A stretch of DNA of 64,000 nt from Octopus vulgaris (GCA_951406725.2 OX597817.1:9176001-9240000), one strand, 5' to 3'. Shown: positions 1 through 12,161, counted from the stretch's first letter. Made by a program: numbers and translations. Notes: generated from the letters alone by a model not told the origin.

Positions 1-900
1 ATACCACATCTTTCAGTATGGCTACTACGCAGAGAAAAGCTACCTTCTTTTCTTTGGTGAAAGAGGAAGGTGGTACAATCTTTATCATGGACTCAGACGA
101 GAGCCGTACTCTTTCTGCATCCGACATCAGCTGTTCGGCAAAGGTCATCAACTCCTTCAACTCCTCACAATATACGAAGGCGTGCGTAACCGTTTCACTG
201 ACACGTCCGCACCTAGGACACGTGGGGGAAGTGTCAGTACCATGCCTTGACAACCTTTCTCGAACCGGTAAAGCCGATCGGTAGCACAACCAGGTCAAAG
301 ATTTCTGGTAGCTATCCAGAGATTTCGACCCGAAAGTTCTCCCGAACAGGTCGGCTAGCTGCCTCTTATCGAAGCCTAGAGTCTCCCCCAGGACATCGTC
401 GGACTTAAGCTCTACCAACCTGCTATAAAAATCCGCTGTGGTAATCCTGCTGTCGGCATTGCTCACCCGAGAGAGGAGGGAAAGTGCTTGTCTGCACTCC
501 TCCCGCCATTCCCCCAACTTGGGTCTCCGCGTGATCCATGAACCTAAGTCCACAAGGGACTTTACCTTTGGGAAGAACTGCTCGGCATGCGATGGCCACA
601 CCAGCTCACCATCCAGGTGGAACCGGAGATGTCTCAGCCTCAGCGCGTACTTGCGCATCATTAGCCAGGGCATCCCCAGCCCACCCTTTAATGGTTTCTG
701 GCAACAGATAGAGCGCCTCACAAGTGGAGTTTTACCTCCCCACAAAAAGTGGAAAAGGATCCGCTCCAACTTGGTCATCCACAAACTGGGGCAAGGCACG
801 ACGGTTAGGCGGTAGGTTATCACAGATGTCATGAACACCTGCGCAACCTCCGCCCTGCCCAACAAAGATAACTTCCTCCCAGACCACTTCTGGGCTATGA
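1..900 (-). mobile_element. L1/Tx1-clade LINE ORF2 fragment (post-RT region), runs off window start
   Basis: Minus-strand translation IAQKWSGRKLSLLGRAEVAQ...FLWGGKTPLVRRSICCQKPLKGGLG matches the W..R.LSL.GR and P...GGLG motifs of L1/Tx1 ORF2; GC-rich relative to flanks. Confidence 0.8.
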
Positions 901-1177
901 ATGTCAGCTTTCTCGCAGTGGCGTGTTCCAAAGATCAAGAGCAGTCGAGAACTGCCGTTCTTATAGAGATCAGTAGGTTCCTAGCGCTGGTGATTAATTT
1001 TCTGCGTAAGGAAAAACAAAATGTTGCACCCACACGATTGGACGGCTGAAAACCGACCAATACAAACAACAATTTCAGTTAATCACAAGGTCATGTGACC
1101 TGCTGTAACGAAAAAGCTTGTGGAGCCGATATCCGGGTATTTAAGCCTAAGTAACCCATAACGAAAATATCTCATAC

Positions 1178-1269
1178 ATCATTCCATGCTTTTCGTATGC
1201 AAGCCTGCGGGTATCGCTCTAAGCACTCTAATTTTTTCACGGTGAACGTACCGGCTGCCTCGGACACTC
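1178..1269 (-). rRNA. Isolated ~90-bp 18S rRNA fragment (non-functional)
   Basis: Reverse complement gagtgtccgagg...gttcaccgtgaaaaaattagagtgcttagagc...agcatggaatgat resembles the conserved 18S segment tttactttgaaaaaattagagtgttcaaagc...gcatggaataat. Confidence 0.65.
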
Positions 1270-1417
1270 GTAAATCACCTCTGCTACAGATTACTACTGG
1301 TCTCATCCAGACCGGTGAAGATCTCTGGAGTATCTGCTCTGTATGCTCAAGACTTGAGACGGTACTGAACCCAGGCGGATATTATCCAACTTTTCCTTTT
1401 ATAAGATGGAAGAACAG

Positions 1418-1490
1418 GGAGAGAGAAAGAGAGAGAGAGAGAGAAAAGAGAAAGAGAGAGAGAGAGAGAGAGAAAAGAGAGAGAGAGAGA
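1418..1490. repeat. (GA)n microsatellite
   Basis: Imperfect GA run. Confidence 0.9.
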
Positions 1491-1610
1491 TAGAAAGAAG
1501 AAAAAGGAAATAGAACTAATAGCAAAGGAGACTGATATGGTCGGTAGATTCTGATTTACTGCTGACCCTTCACAAATTTTCTCTAATGCCTGAGTAATAC
1601 TGAATAACGC

Positions 1611-1772
1611 AGTGGAGGTACAATGGCCCAGTGGTTAGGGCAGCAGACTCGTGGTCGGAGGATCACGGTTTCGATTCCCAGACCGGGCGTTGTGTGTGTT
1701 TATTGAGCGAAAACACATAAAAGCTCAACGAGGCTCCGGCAGGGGGTGATGGCGACCCCTGTTGTACTCTTT
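1611..1772 (+). mobile_element. tRNA-derived SINE family C, 5' part
   Basis: A-box tggcccagtggtt and B-box ggtttcgattccc; same sequence as the full copy at 31038-31424. Confidence 0.8.
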
Positions 1773-2387
1773 TAAGAAGAGAGGAAGGAAATAAAGAAAT
1801 ATATATCTCTTATTATAAAAGGCAGATTTTATCTGCCTCCCTTTGTATCTTATAGAAATCTACAATATAGGATTTCTTCAATTACAATTTACCTAGCATT
1901 TTTAAGAGTAGAATGCATCGGGTCGTGCCAGGTCCAGTTTTTAAAATTTCAACCCCAATTGGTGTATGAGTCAAATGCATTTCTTAGTGTGGGTTACAGC
2001 ACTCGCACACACACACACACAAAAAGGGAGCGATCTGATGCACTCACGCTATCACTCTCATTTCTCCCACTTTCTCTTTGCAAGTCTACCTTACAACACT
2101 ACTCAAAAATAAAAAAGCAGCAAACAGAAACAAATAAATACATAACGATTTACTCCTCACACAATTTCTTCAATTAGACTTTACCTATGATTTTTCAAAG
2201 AACTTCCATTGGGTCATGCCATACAAAATTTCTTTCAATTTCAATTTAAGACAAAATTCGAGAAAACTCAATATTTTAACATTTCACTTTGAAGCCTTTA
2301 CTCTGCCTATTACTCCCACTTCCTATTTAGACACATAGACACGCTAATATATACGACAGTGTCAATTGTTGACAGACATTGTAAACT

Positions 2388-2422
<35 letters not shown>

Positions 2423-2646
2423 CAGGGATGACCCATTCAGACTGGTCATCCTTTTTGCTAGAAGATCACCTATTCTACACCACTGGTTTTCAGTTCATAT
2501 TAATCAAATTAATATTCACAAGAAGAAGGACTATTCATTATAATACATCAGTTCCATCAGACAACTGCACAAACATTTGCCATTTTACACATGTATGTAA
2601 ACAAATTCCTTTCTTTTAGAATTTCAATTCATTTTCTTTTTCAATT

Positions 2647-3152
2647 CATACAAAGTTATTTAGGACGAATATAACATCTACAGTTATCTCTAAGAAGCAG
2701 AAAGATCGCCCAAAAGTGTATATAGATATTTAAATGTATTTATATATTCATCTATGCACACATGTATGTATAATGTGTGTGTATATATTTCCATAGAGGT
2801 AACCATTCACTCCATACAAAGTTATTTAGGACGAATATAAGATCTAAAGTTATCTCTAAGAAACAGAAAGATCGCCCAAAAGTGTATATAGATATTTAAA
2901 TGTATTTATATATTCATCTATACACACATGTATGTATAATGTGTGTGTATATATTTCCATAGAGGTAACCATTCACTCCGCACAAAGTTTTTTAGGACGA
3001 AAATAACATCTAAAGTTATCTCTAAGAAACAGAAAGATCGCCCAAAAGTGTATATAGATATTTAAATGTATTTATATATTCATCTATACACACATGTATG
3101 TATAATGTGTGTGTATATATTTCCATAGAGGTAACCATTCACTCCATACAAA
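2647..3152. repeat. Tandem repeat, 3 x 166 bp, inside the Helitron
   Basis: Units start at 2647, 2813 and 2979, with a partial unit at 3145; near-identical. Confidence 0.95.
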
Positions 3153-3382
3153 GGTTGTGTGTCTGTCTACTCCGATTTAGATTCCTAACTACTCCCACAT
3201 TTTGCGATGCAGTTTAACCAAAACCGAGTATCTTATAGTCGTGATTCATATCGAGCCCTTCTGGGTATTAGCGCGCGTCTACGATGAGTCTACGATTTTA
3301 CAAATAATTTACCATCATTTTTTCCCATTTTAATGCATTTTTTTTAAAATTAAGGGAAGTAACTCTCAAACTTCACACCAAT

Positions 3383-3875
3383 ATGCGTGCTCATATGCGA
3401 CGTAATATCACATCAGCAGCATTTCCTCACACCCTCATTGCACTTGGCGAAAGCAAAATACCAGGGGATGAAAATGGTAATATTGCCATCGATTCCATTT
3501 GTACCATTGTTAAGACGCCTTCTGATCTCAGAGATGCAGTGTTCCTAGATCTACAAGCTAATTATCACAATATGGATTGGATTGGCAAAAAGGCTATACT
3601 GGCCCCAAGGAATAAAACTGTTCACCATATTAATGATGAAATGCTAAAACTCATTCCTGGGAAGTCTATGTATATCAGTCTATCGATACAACTCCTGACC
3701 CAGAGGACGTCATCAACTATCCAATAGAGGTACTCAATTCCTTTGAGCACCCCGGCCTACCACCACACTTTCTCAAACTTAAAGTTGGTGCCCCTATAAT
3801 GCTCATCAGAAATTTGGTTCCCCCAAAACAATGCAATGGCACACGTTTGATCGTTAAGTCCTTATCTCCCAGCGT
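3383..3875 (+). pseudogene. Helitron RepHel C-terminal PIF1-like helicase fragment, frameshifted
   Basis: [18 protein letters not shown], then after a frameshift [46 protein letters not shown]. Confidence 0.85.
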
Positions 3876-4549
3876 AAGCTTATATCAATATTTGCCTGAA
3901 TAATCATCATCATTCTGTGCAATCATTAACAGTACTTTCAAGTAATTCAGCCCCGAGCAACGCCGGGCAATTCTGCTAGTGTTGAATAAAGAAACAAATA
4001 CTGAATAACGCATTTTCTCTAGCAACAACAAAAATAAAATAATAATCCTTTCTACTATAGGCACAAGGGTGAGGGAGCTAATCGATTGCATCGACTCTGA
4101 GATAAAAGGTGGGGAGGAAATAAAAAAAATGCCTTGTAGTATTTTATTATCGATGCTTTATGTTCTGAGTTCAAATCCTGCCAAGTTCAGCTTTGCCTTT
4201 CATATTTCTAGAGGTTAACGAAATAACGGTGGTGGTGGTGGGTCCAGTGTAATCGCTTTTTTCCATTCGCAAAATTTCAGGCTTTGTTCATTTGTAAGAA
4301 ATCAGTAAGTATCAATATGAAATAGAACAAGAATAGATCCCCTGAAGGGATTCCCATTACAAAACTGCACGAGAGCGTCTGTTAGTTCCTTTTCTCAAAT
4401 TGGATACTTAAATCTGTTACGTTTTAGTAACTAATTTATCTCTACAAAAATGACTGGTTGGTAACGTGGCTCCTGTTTGTGGATTTGCAGCTCCTTTATA
4501 TTTCAAAGTTGTGTTTATAAGACCTAATATAATTTTACATGGATTTTTT

Positions 4550-5018
4550 GGTGGTACGTAAAAGGCACAATTCGAGCGTGATCGTTACCAGCGTCAACTT
4601 ACAGGCATCCGTGCTGGTGGCATCTGTAAAAAGATTCGAGCGAGGTCATTGCCAGTACCTATTTCTTTATTACCCACATGGAGCTAAACACAGAGAGGAC
4701 AAACAAGGACAGACAAACGGATTAAATCGATTATATCGACCCCAGTGCGTAACTGGTACTTATTTTATCGACCCCGAAAGGATGAAAAGCAAAGTCGACC
4801 TGCCAGTACCGCCTGACTGGTCCCCGAGCCGGTAGCACGTAAAAAGCACCCACTACACTCTCGGAGTGGATGGCGTTAGGAAGGGCATCCAGCTGTAGAA
4901 ACTCTGTCAGATCAAGATTGGAGCCTGGTGCAGCCATCTAGTTCGCCAGCACTCAGTCAAAATCGTCCAACCCATGCAAGCATGGAAAGCGGACGTTAAG
5001 CGACGGCGATAATGATGA
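4550..5018 (+). mobile_element. RTE LINE 3' UTR copy interrupted by an antisense SINE-B fragment (4660-4800)
   Basis: Family motif gtaaaaagcacccactacactc...aggaagggcatccagc and (gat)n tail; insert flanked by tgccagtacc duplication at 4650 and 4801. Confidence 0.8.
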
Positions 5019-5529
5019 TTTTGACATTTAATCCTTGGGATCATGTTAATTCTAAAGGGGAATAACTCCTGCTTTTGTTCTTGAGTATTTCGGTTGGACT
5101 TTCCCAGTAAGTTGGAAGTAAAATATAAAAATACTTTTTTATTTTTATAGAGAACAAGTCAAAATTATGATTATTGATTTGCAATTACTTTCAATGTAAA
5201 CTAATGCAACTAATCCATTTCCTTAAGAGAAATGCTAAGAATATTTTCTAAGATAATACTTCTTCTCCACTGAATATATTTATTTATAAGTGTAAGGGAG
5301 ATAAGCTTAGAAAATTAAATTCGTTTGGATCCAAAGAGAAAATACGGAAATTATATAAAGAATTTCGATTGAGGAAAACATTTGAATATATAATTCAAAA
5401 TTAATACTTGCCGGCACTTTTATGCTCTTTATTGACAAGAAATCTATCTCATGTACTTTGATGGTGAAGAAAAAAAAAAGGAAGAAAGAATAAAGTAATG
5501 ATTCGGAACTAATTTAGAAGAGAGACATA

Positions 5530-5670
5530 TTTTGCATGGTCACCGCATGAGTTGGCAGTAGGTGATTAGTGTTTAAGAGTCATGGTTGGAGAGGATGTGA
5601 CTGGAGTCTCCTCGGAGAGATCCAGTCTGTTTATTTATACGATACACATGATTTGAAACCGAATACTCAG
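5530..5670 (+). other. Candidate non-coding first exon / promoter region of VPS13B
   Basis: Repeat-free block ending in a strong donor CAG|GTAGGT at 5670/5671; the first coding exon starts with an acceptor, so an upstream exon is required; start coordinate is a guess. Confidence 0.3.
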
Positions 5671-6556
5671 GTAGGTACGGCTATAATTAATTAACCTGGT
5701 TAAACACCTATGTGTTAATTAATTTGGACAGAAAAAGGAAAAAAAACTGTTGAAAGGAATTTATTTATATTTCCAAAACAAAGAGAAGAGAATAATTGTA
5801 AGGAATGCTTTGATCGCATTTCAATGTTTATCTTGATGACAAAATTACATCGTGAGTCATTTATGTATTTATTCGCAGATGTCTCTCTTGGTTTTTTTTG
5901 CTATAATTACTAATCAGTGCCCTAAGTATAATTGTAAATGTTAATTTCATTTGACTGAAATTCGTATTCTAGCCAGACTTTAGGGTTAAACTAAAGCGTT
6001 ACACTATTTAAAGAAACAAATGTGTGTAATAGGTGTAAAACAAATTCCTCTGAACGAATATGAAAAAAAAAAAAAAATGCGCGCACGCGAAAGGGGAGAG
6101 GCCTCGGAAAATTCACATCGGGAATTTCCGAAAGCGTCTGAGGGGCTGACCCGGGCACCAAAACAAAAAGAAAAATAGTGTAATATGTGTAAAACGACTT
6201 GCTCTAAACGAATATGACAAAAAAAAAAACAACTTTAGTTCATCTATTTATTTATATTCAAGCAATTGGTCATCATCTAGTAACTAGATTCTACTTATTT
6301 GAGGGAATGAAACAGTTTTTTATTAAGTCGAGATAGAAGTACGATGGTCCGTTAGTTATATATGGCCAAAGGCATTCCATTCTTGACCACCCCGTCTTTC
6401 TGTTTTTTTTACCTGCCCTGGTGTATCTAGGACTACATTCCTGCTGTTGTTTTCCTCCGCGTTGGCCTCAAAGGCGTTCTGACCAAACCGTTCCACCTGT
6501 AACTTTATTTATCTCAGACATTTAATACCTAAAAACTACGTTATTCTATGTATACC

Positions 6557-6697
6557 TATTTCTTTATTACCCACAAGGGGCTAAACATAGAGGGGACAAA
6601 CATGGACAGACATAGGTATTAAGTCGATTACATCGACTCCAGTGCGTAACTGGTACTTAATTTATCGACCCCGAAAGGATGAAAGGCAAAGTCGACC
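6557..6697 (-). mobile_element. SINE family B, 5'-truncated
   Basis: Matches the 3' half of the copy at 36791-37022; atacct duplicated at both flanks. Confidence 0.8.
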
Positions 6698-7692
6698 ATA
6701 CCTACCACCCTTTCAAGACAATAATGTGTAATCTGAGTTAAAATTGACTACCAAAGCTATTCCAGCGACCCCGTAGAAGCTCCTTTGTTATGTATTTCCT
6801 TTTTATTATGATGGATATCATTTGAGAGAAATTTTGCTATGGTTTATTTACAGCAGGTTCAGTGACCGCCACTCCTGTTTGAAACCTTTTCATGTAAATT
6901 GCGTCATATGAGCGACGATGATATGAAGTTTTATGTCTGTCTCGTAAACTTTATATCATTTCATTTACTTTCTTCTCTAAACGTTAGACTGATGGCTGTG
7001 TCAGAAATCATATTGGTGTTGTGATATTAGTCCCAGTTCTACCCTGATTCTCCGGTTGCCAGCGGGCAACGTCATCTGTTGCGCTTTTGTTCTAGTTTGT
7101 GTCCGAGAAGAGAATGGTACGATCACTTTACTCGGATATGATTTAACTTTCCACAACCAATACTGACCATAACACTAAGTTATTATCAAATAACTTCCAG
7201 ATTTGAACACCTCTCATTTTGCTTTTTCCGAGGATTGCATTGCTTAAAGTATCTTAGTGCTATCTGAGATTTGGTTGCCATTTCTAGCAAGTTGAGAGAC
7301 CGTGTACAGGTATGGTCATTGGTGCATAGAAAGCAATATCTGTATTTATTTTTACGCTACTACATTTCTGAGATCAAATCCCTACCGTGCCATCCGTGAC
7401 CGTCCATTCATTGATTCTGCTCTTCTTTTGAATCCGAAGAGGAAACGCCGTCCCGTCCACGTGCCGGGTGAATCCGTTCACAACAAATTTCTTCTTTCTC
7501 TACCGCCGCCGTTTCCACCACGACCACCACCACCACCACTACTACCGTAATACATTTACATATCTTTTTGAAACTGAACATGGCTATAATATCGATATTT
7601 AAATTGGCATTGGCGCAAATTCAGCATTTATATCTCTTTCAGAATAGTGAATAACACACACACTCACACACACATACATCGCGTGATCGCGT

Positions 7693-7726
<34 letters not shown>

Positions 7727-7749
7727 TTCTGTCTACGTAGTCATTCAGT

Positions 7750-7940
7750 CTGCTAGAAATAGCAGCCAATTCGCCAGATCTCCCTCAGATCACACTCCAC
7801 CACTCGAAAGAAAAGGAACCCATTGGGCAGTATAGACCTTGACAATCATTAATGCGACATGTCTGAAAAATAAGATGAGATGGCCAGAACTGGAACGTCG
7901 TTGGTTATAGATTTGCTCTTGTCAGAGCTGATGTTTGGGT
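7750..7940 (+). mobile_element. Old degenerate SINE-like family (related copies near 6340-6440, 27210-27390, 40740-40930, 53515-53690)
   Basis: Recurrent ctagaaatagcagccaa...ctccctca.atcacac motif in either orientation. Confidence 0.5.
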
Positions 7941-8869
7941 GAATAATATTGCCCCCACCCATTCTCCCACTCACAATCATGCACTCTAGCTCACAATTGA
8001 TCATAAGGTGAGTGTGTCAGCTTAGCTGGCTCACCTGTTTCACAAGCTGGCGTTTGTTAAGTCCTTTGTTTTCATCTTTTCATCCTCACCTGCGGAAACA
8101 GACGGCTTGATCTGTTTAAATGTAAACAAAGAACTTACTGAAAACAGCCCACTATGCTTGCCTGTCCAGATCAATATATGCTTTACGGTAGTTTTTTCTG
8201 TCTTTTTTTGTAATTGTTAGACTGTGACCATGCTAGGGTACTGCCTTGAAAAATCGACCCCTATACTTCTTTTTTGTAAGCCTGGTACTTACTCTGTCAA
8301 TCTCTTTTGCCGAACCATCAAATTCCAGAGTTACAGGGACATAAAAATGTCCCTGTAACACGCTAACACTGGTTGTCAAACCCAACATACCTATTATGAC
8401 TACCCTCTAATAAGGGTACCCCAGGCACATGTATCACAACCATATGTGCATGGCATAGTGATCTCATCAAGATAAACAACGCAAGTCCTTGCAAATAGGG
8501 CCCAGTTGGAATTTTCTTCAGTCCATCCCACTTAAAAAGGTCCCTCAGTGAGTGTTGCTGAAGGATGATGAACAAAATACCGAAGTTTCCCAAAGTGAAT
8601 TGTTCAAACCCCAAAGAATTCCTTACAACATATGGCAGTGAGACTCTCACACTCCAGTCTGCTCATGCTCAGAGATGCACATGTTGTCAGCCACTAAGGA
8701 ACTTGCTCAGTTTGTTAAGGTCAAGAAACTGACAAGCAAATCCATGCATTGAGCAGAATATTTGTTGTAGCCCATCTTTTTATACCAAGACAAAACACGT
8801 TTATGTAAACACTTCCAATCAGTTAAAATCAGAAGCCATGAGAGCTGCTGCCAGGCTAAAAAGGAAGCA

Positions 8870-9728
8870 AGTTAGCAGAATTATTACTGCGTTGGGCAAA
8901 ATGCTCAGCAGCATTTCATTCTGAGTTCAAATTCTGCTGAGGTCATTTGGGGTCGATAAAATAAATACCTATTTCTTTACTACCCACAAGGGGCTAAACA
9001 CAGAGAGGACAAACAAGGAAAGACAAACGGGTTAAGTCGATTATATCGACCCCAGTGCATAACTGGTACTTATTTAATTGACCCCGAAAGGATGAAAGGC
9101 AAAGTCGACCTCGGCGGAATTTGAACTCAGAATGTAACGGCAGACGAAATACCGCGAAGCATTTCGCCCGGCGTGCTAACGTTTCTGCCAGTTAAACATT
9201 GGGGTCAATGTAATCAACTTAACCCCTTCCCTGAACTTGCTCACTTTGTACCAAAATCATCATCATCATCATTATTATTATCATTGTGGTGAACTGGCAG
9301 AATTGTTAGTATGCCAGGCAAAATGCTTAACGGAATTTTGTCTGCTGCTATGTCCTTAGTTCAAATTCTACACAAGGTCAACTTTGCCTTCTATCATTTC
9401 AGGGTCGATTAAATAAGTACGTAGTTCTTTATTACCCACAAGGTGCTAAACACAGAGGGGGCAGACATAGGTATTAAGTCGATTACATCGACCCCAGTAC
9501 TTAATTTATCGACCCCGAAAGGATGAAAGGTAAAGTCGATCTCGGCGGAATTTGAACTCACAACGTAACGACAGACGAAATACCGCTAAGCATTTTGCCC
9601 GACATGCTAACGTTTCTGCCAGCTTGCCGCCTTGTCGATTAAATAAGTACCAGTTACACACTGGAGTTGATGTAATCAACCTAATCCCATCCCCCAAATC
9701 TGAGGCCTTTGTGCTTCCAGTAGAAAGG

Positions 9729-9759
<31 letters not shown>

Positions 9760-9890
9760 CATTGTGATTGGCTTTGCCTTTCATCCTTTCAGGGTTGATA
9801 AAATAAGTACCAGTTGAGCACCGGGGTTGATGTAATCGACTTAATCCTTTCCCCCCAAAATTGCTGGCTTTGTACCAAAATTTAAAATCA
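8870..9890. mobile_element. Cluster of SINE-B copies with antisense copies nested in sense copies (8968-9192 and 9425-9632, minus)
   Basis: Shared core gcctttcatcctttcggggtcgataaa.taagtacc; 17-bp duplication gtcgattaaataagtac at 9404 and 9634. Confidence 0.8.
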
Positions 9891-10132
9891 TCCTTGTTTT
9901 TATTATGGGAACCTGCTTATTGTGATGGAGCCTTTTTTATAGCTGATACTAGCAGAACGCTACTGATTTTGATAACAATAACCAGTTCATGACATATATG
10001 GAATTGGAGCTAATTTCAGTAAAATCAACAATTTACTTTGTATGTTATTTAATTTACACTTATTCATCTTTTTTGAAGATAAGGTGTGACAATTCTTGTG
10101 CAGGTGATGCATATTGAGACATAAATGTGTGT

Positions 10133-10941
10133 ATCATCATCATCATCATCATCATCGTCATCATCGTTTAACGTCCATTTTCCATGCTAGCATGGGTTGG
10201 ACGGTTCAACTGGGGTCTGGGAAGCCAGGAGGCTGCACCAGGCTCCAGTCTGATCTGGCAGTGTTTCTACAGCTGGATGTCCTTCCTAATGCCAACCACT
10301 CCGCGAGCGTAGTGGGTGCTTTTTACGTGCCACCTGCACAGGTGCCAGGGGGGGGGGTCTGACATCGGCCACGATCGGTTGGTGCTTTTAACGTGCCATC
10401 AGCACAGAAGCCAGCCAAGGCGGTGCTGGCAGTGTATGGAAATGACTAGAGTCCGAGACCTTTGGAAGTATGCTGTGCGTGAGAAGACCCGGCAGGACAA
10501 GTGAGACCATAACCCGTGGCCTCTACACGGGATGTAGCCAGTCCACTTATGCATACCTTTCCTTCTTGGGACACAAAACTCTACTTGTGAAGACCTGTTG
10601 AGGCAAGTGAGAATTGAAATCGATCAACATCAATGGAAATTGCAGCTGTTATACTAGTCCCGGTGGCACGAAGAGAATCATCCGAATGTGGCTGTTACCA
10701 GTGCCGCCCGACTGGCCTCTGTGCCGGTGGCACGTAACAAGAACCATCCGATCGTGGCCGTTTGCCAGCCTCGTCTGGCATGTAAAAAGCACCCACTACA
10801 CTCTTGGAGTGGTTGGCATTAGGAAGGGCATCCAGCTGTAGAAACACTGCCAGATCAGACTGGAGCCTTCTGGCTTCCCTGACCCCAGTTGAACCGTCCA
10901 ACCCGTGCTAGCATGGAAAGCGGATGCTAAATGATGATGAT
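10133..10941. mobile_element. Two RTE 3' ends joined head-to-head (minus 10133-10432, plus 10435-10941)
   Basis: (cat)n tail on the left and (gat)n tail on the right; plus copy starts with ORF2 end EMTRVRDLWKYAVREKTRQDK*. Confidence 0.85.
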
Positions 10942-11347
10942 ATATATAAGGTAAAGGTGAATAATAGTGAGTCAAGGAGGAGGTGATAGGCAGCAGTACA
11001 CAAAAGTGGGATATGGAGGAAATAGTGCTGTAGTTAGAAGGGTAAAGGAGGGACAGATGTTACAAATATGAGTCATGGAGAAGATATAACAGGCATAGAT
11101 TGGGTGTGGGGCCATAGGCATACACAATATGCCTTTAGGACCTCATTTTTTTGCTGAGATGGATGTGTCTTCTTGAGCATGGTGAATTGCCAGTCAACTT
11201 GGTCCTTTGTTCCTCAACTTTTGCGTCCACACCTGAAATTTCTTTTCTAATTCTAGTACAGATTCAGTTATAAGAACAAGGTTGTTCACATAGAGGAGTT
11301 CCCCTGAACAACTAGTTTTAAACTTCCCTGTTTGAGGATATTGATAA

Positions 11348-11655
11348 GTAGTTAGTTAGTTAGTTAATTTTTTGGCTCAAAAAGCAAAAAGCAAGGCCAT
11401 GTAGGGGGACATGGAGTTATGTACAGGGTGGTGTTCATGTAAAGAGTTCAGGCCACTAGTGGTCAAGGGAGACTTTGAACCGAGCGGTCGTCGGCATCTT
11501 CACCATCTCGTCCAGCAGCTTATTCCACGGATCCGCAACCTGGACGGAGAAAGCCCCTCTCCTTCGATTGAGATGAAATCGTCGCACATAGAGCTTTTTG
11601 GAATGACCCCCGCAGCCGACGCTCTGGAGCAGCAGTGAAGAACAGCTCTTTCGAG
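11348..11655 (-). mobile_element. CR1-type LINE 3' end, (TAAC)n-tailed family
   Basis: RGHSKKL...RRGAFSVQVADPWNKL C-terminal motif and (taac)n tail; sister copies at 22705-22957, 27543-27788, 32157-32437 and 48683-49280. Confidence 0.85.
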
Positions 11656-11769
11656 AGTAAGCAGGAACTGAGAGCTGAGCCCTGGTGATCACTTACCTGC
11701 ACATTAAACTATTCACTGTACTCATTGATACTTCTTGCCTTATTGATTTAGAAGGCTCTCACCAGTCAC

Positions 11770-12000
11770 TTATCTACTTGTAGCTCTTGCAGCAGTAACC
11801 AGAGTGAGGGAGTGAGCGATCTTGTTGATGGTTTTCTCTTGGTCAGTGAAGGCCAAGTACAGCAATTTGCTCTCAGCCAAATACTTCTGCAGTTGCCTTA
11901 CTAGGAACGGAGAATCAATAATACTTCTTCCAAGCACAGAACCAAACTGCATCTCATCTTGTCTAACATTCTTCCTAATTCATTGAACTATGGCTCTTTC
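11770..12000 (-). mobile_element. Degenerate RTE reverse-transcriptase fragment
   Basis: MQFGSVLGRSIIDSPFLVRQLQKYLAESKLLYLAFTDQEK resembles QFGF.PGRST.DAIF..RQLQEK...LY.AF.DLEKAFD. Confidence 0.7.
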
Positions 12001-12161
12001 CAAAAATAACAAAATACAGTAAAAGAGTCAGCACAGAATTGAAGAGGGGTGCAAATTTTTAGGGGTTCAATTTCTGAGAGAATCTATTACAAGTCCATCT
12101 AAACTGTGTCAACATTGAAAAATAAATGCTGCTGCTGATTTTATATTATTTACCATATATA

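Larger units (their letters stand above)
1806..3979 (+). mobile_element. Non-autonomous Helitron with PIF1 helicase remnant
   Basis: 5' A|TC start; 3' GC hairpin (gccccgagcaacgccgggc) followed by CTAG|T at 3976-3980; internal helicase fragment; 3155-3370 is shared with the Helitron at 40029-40400. Confidence 0.75.

Noticed and set aside
18-1049. Plus-strand ORFs 18-284, 438-815 and 831-1049
   Set aside because: Antisense shadows of the minus-strand Tx1/L1 reading frame
8380-8850. Block that may be a solo LTR or other interspersed repeat (TATAAAA on the minus strand)
   Set aside because: Single copy in the window with no clear termini or target duplication, so it cannot be classified by eye
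10114-10901. Many recurring 60-150 aa ORFs (MDGSTGV..., LQLDALPNANHS..., MLFTCHRH...)
   Set aside because: Chance frames through the non-coding RTE 3' UTR, present on both strands and disrupted differently in each copy
11411-11638. Repeated ORF MELCTGWCSCKEFRP... (also at 22767, 27563 and 48749)
   Set aside because: Antisense frame of CR1 3' ends
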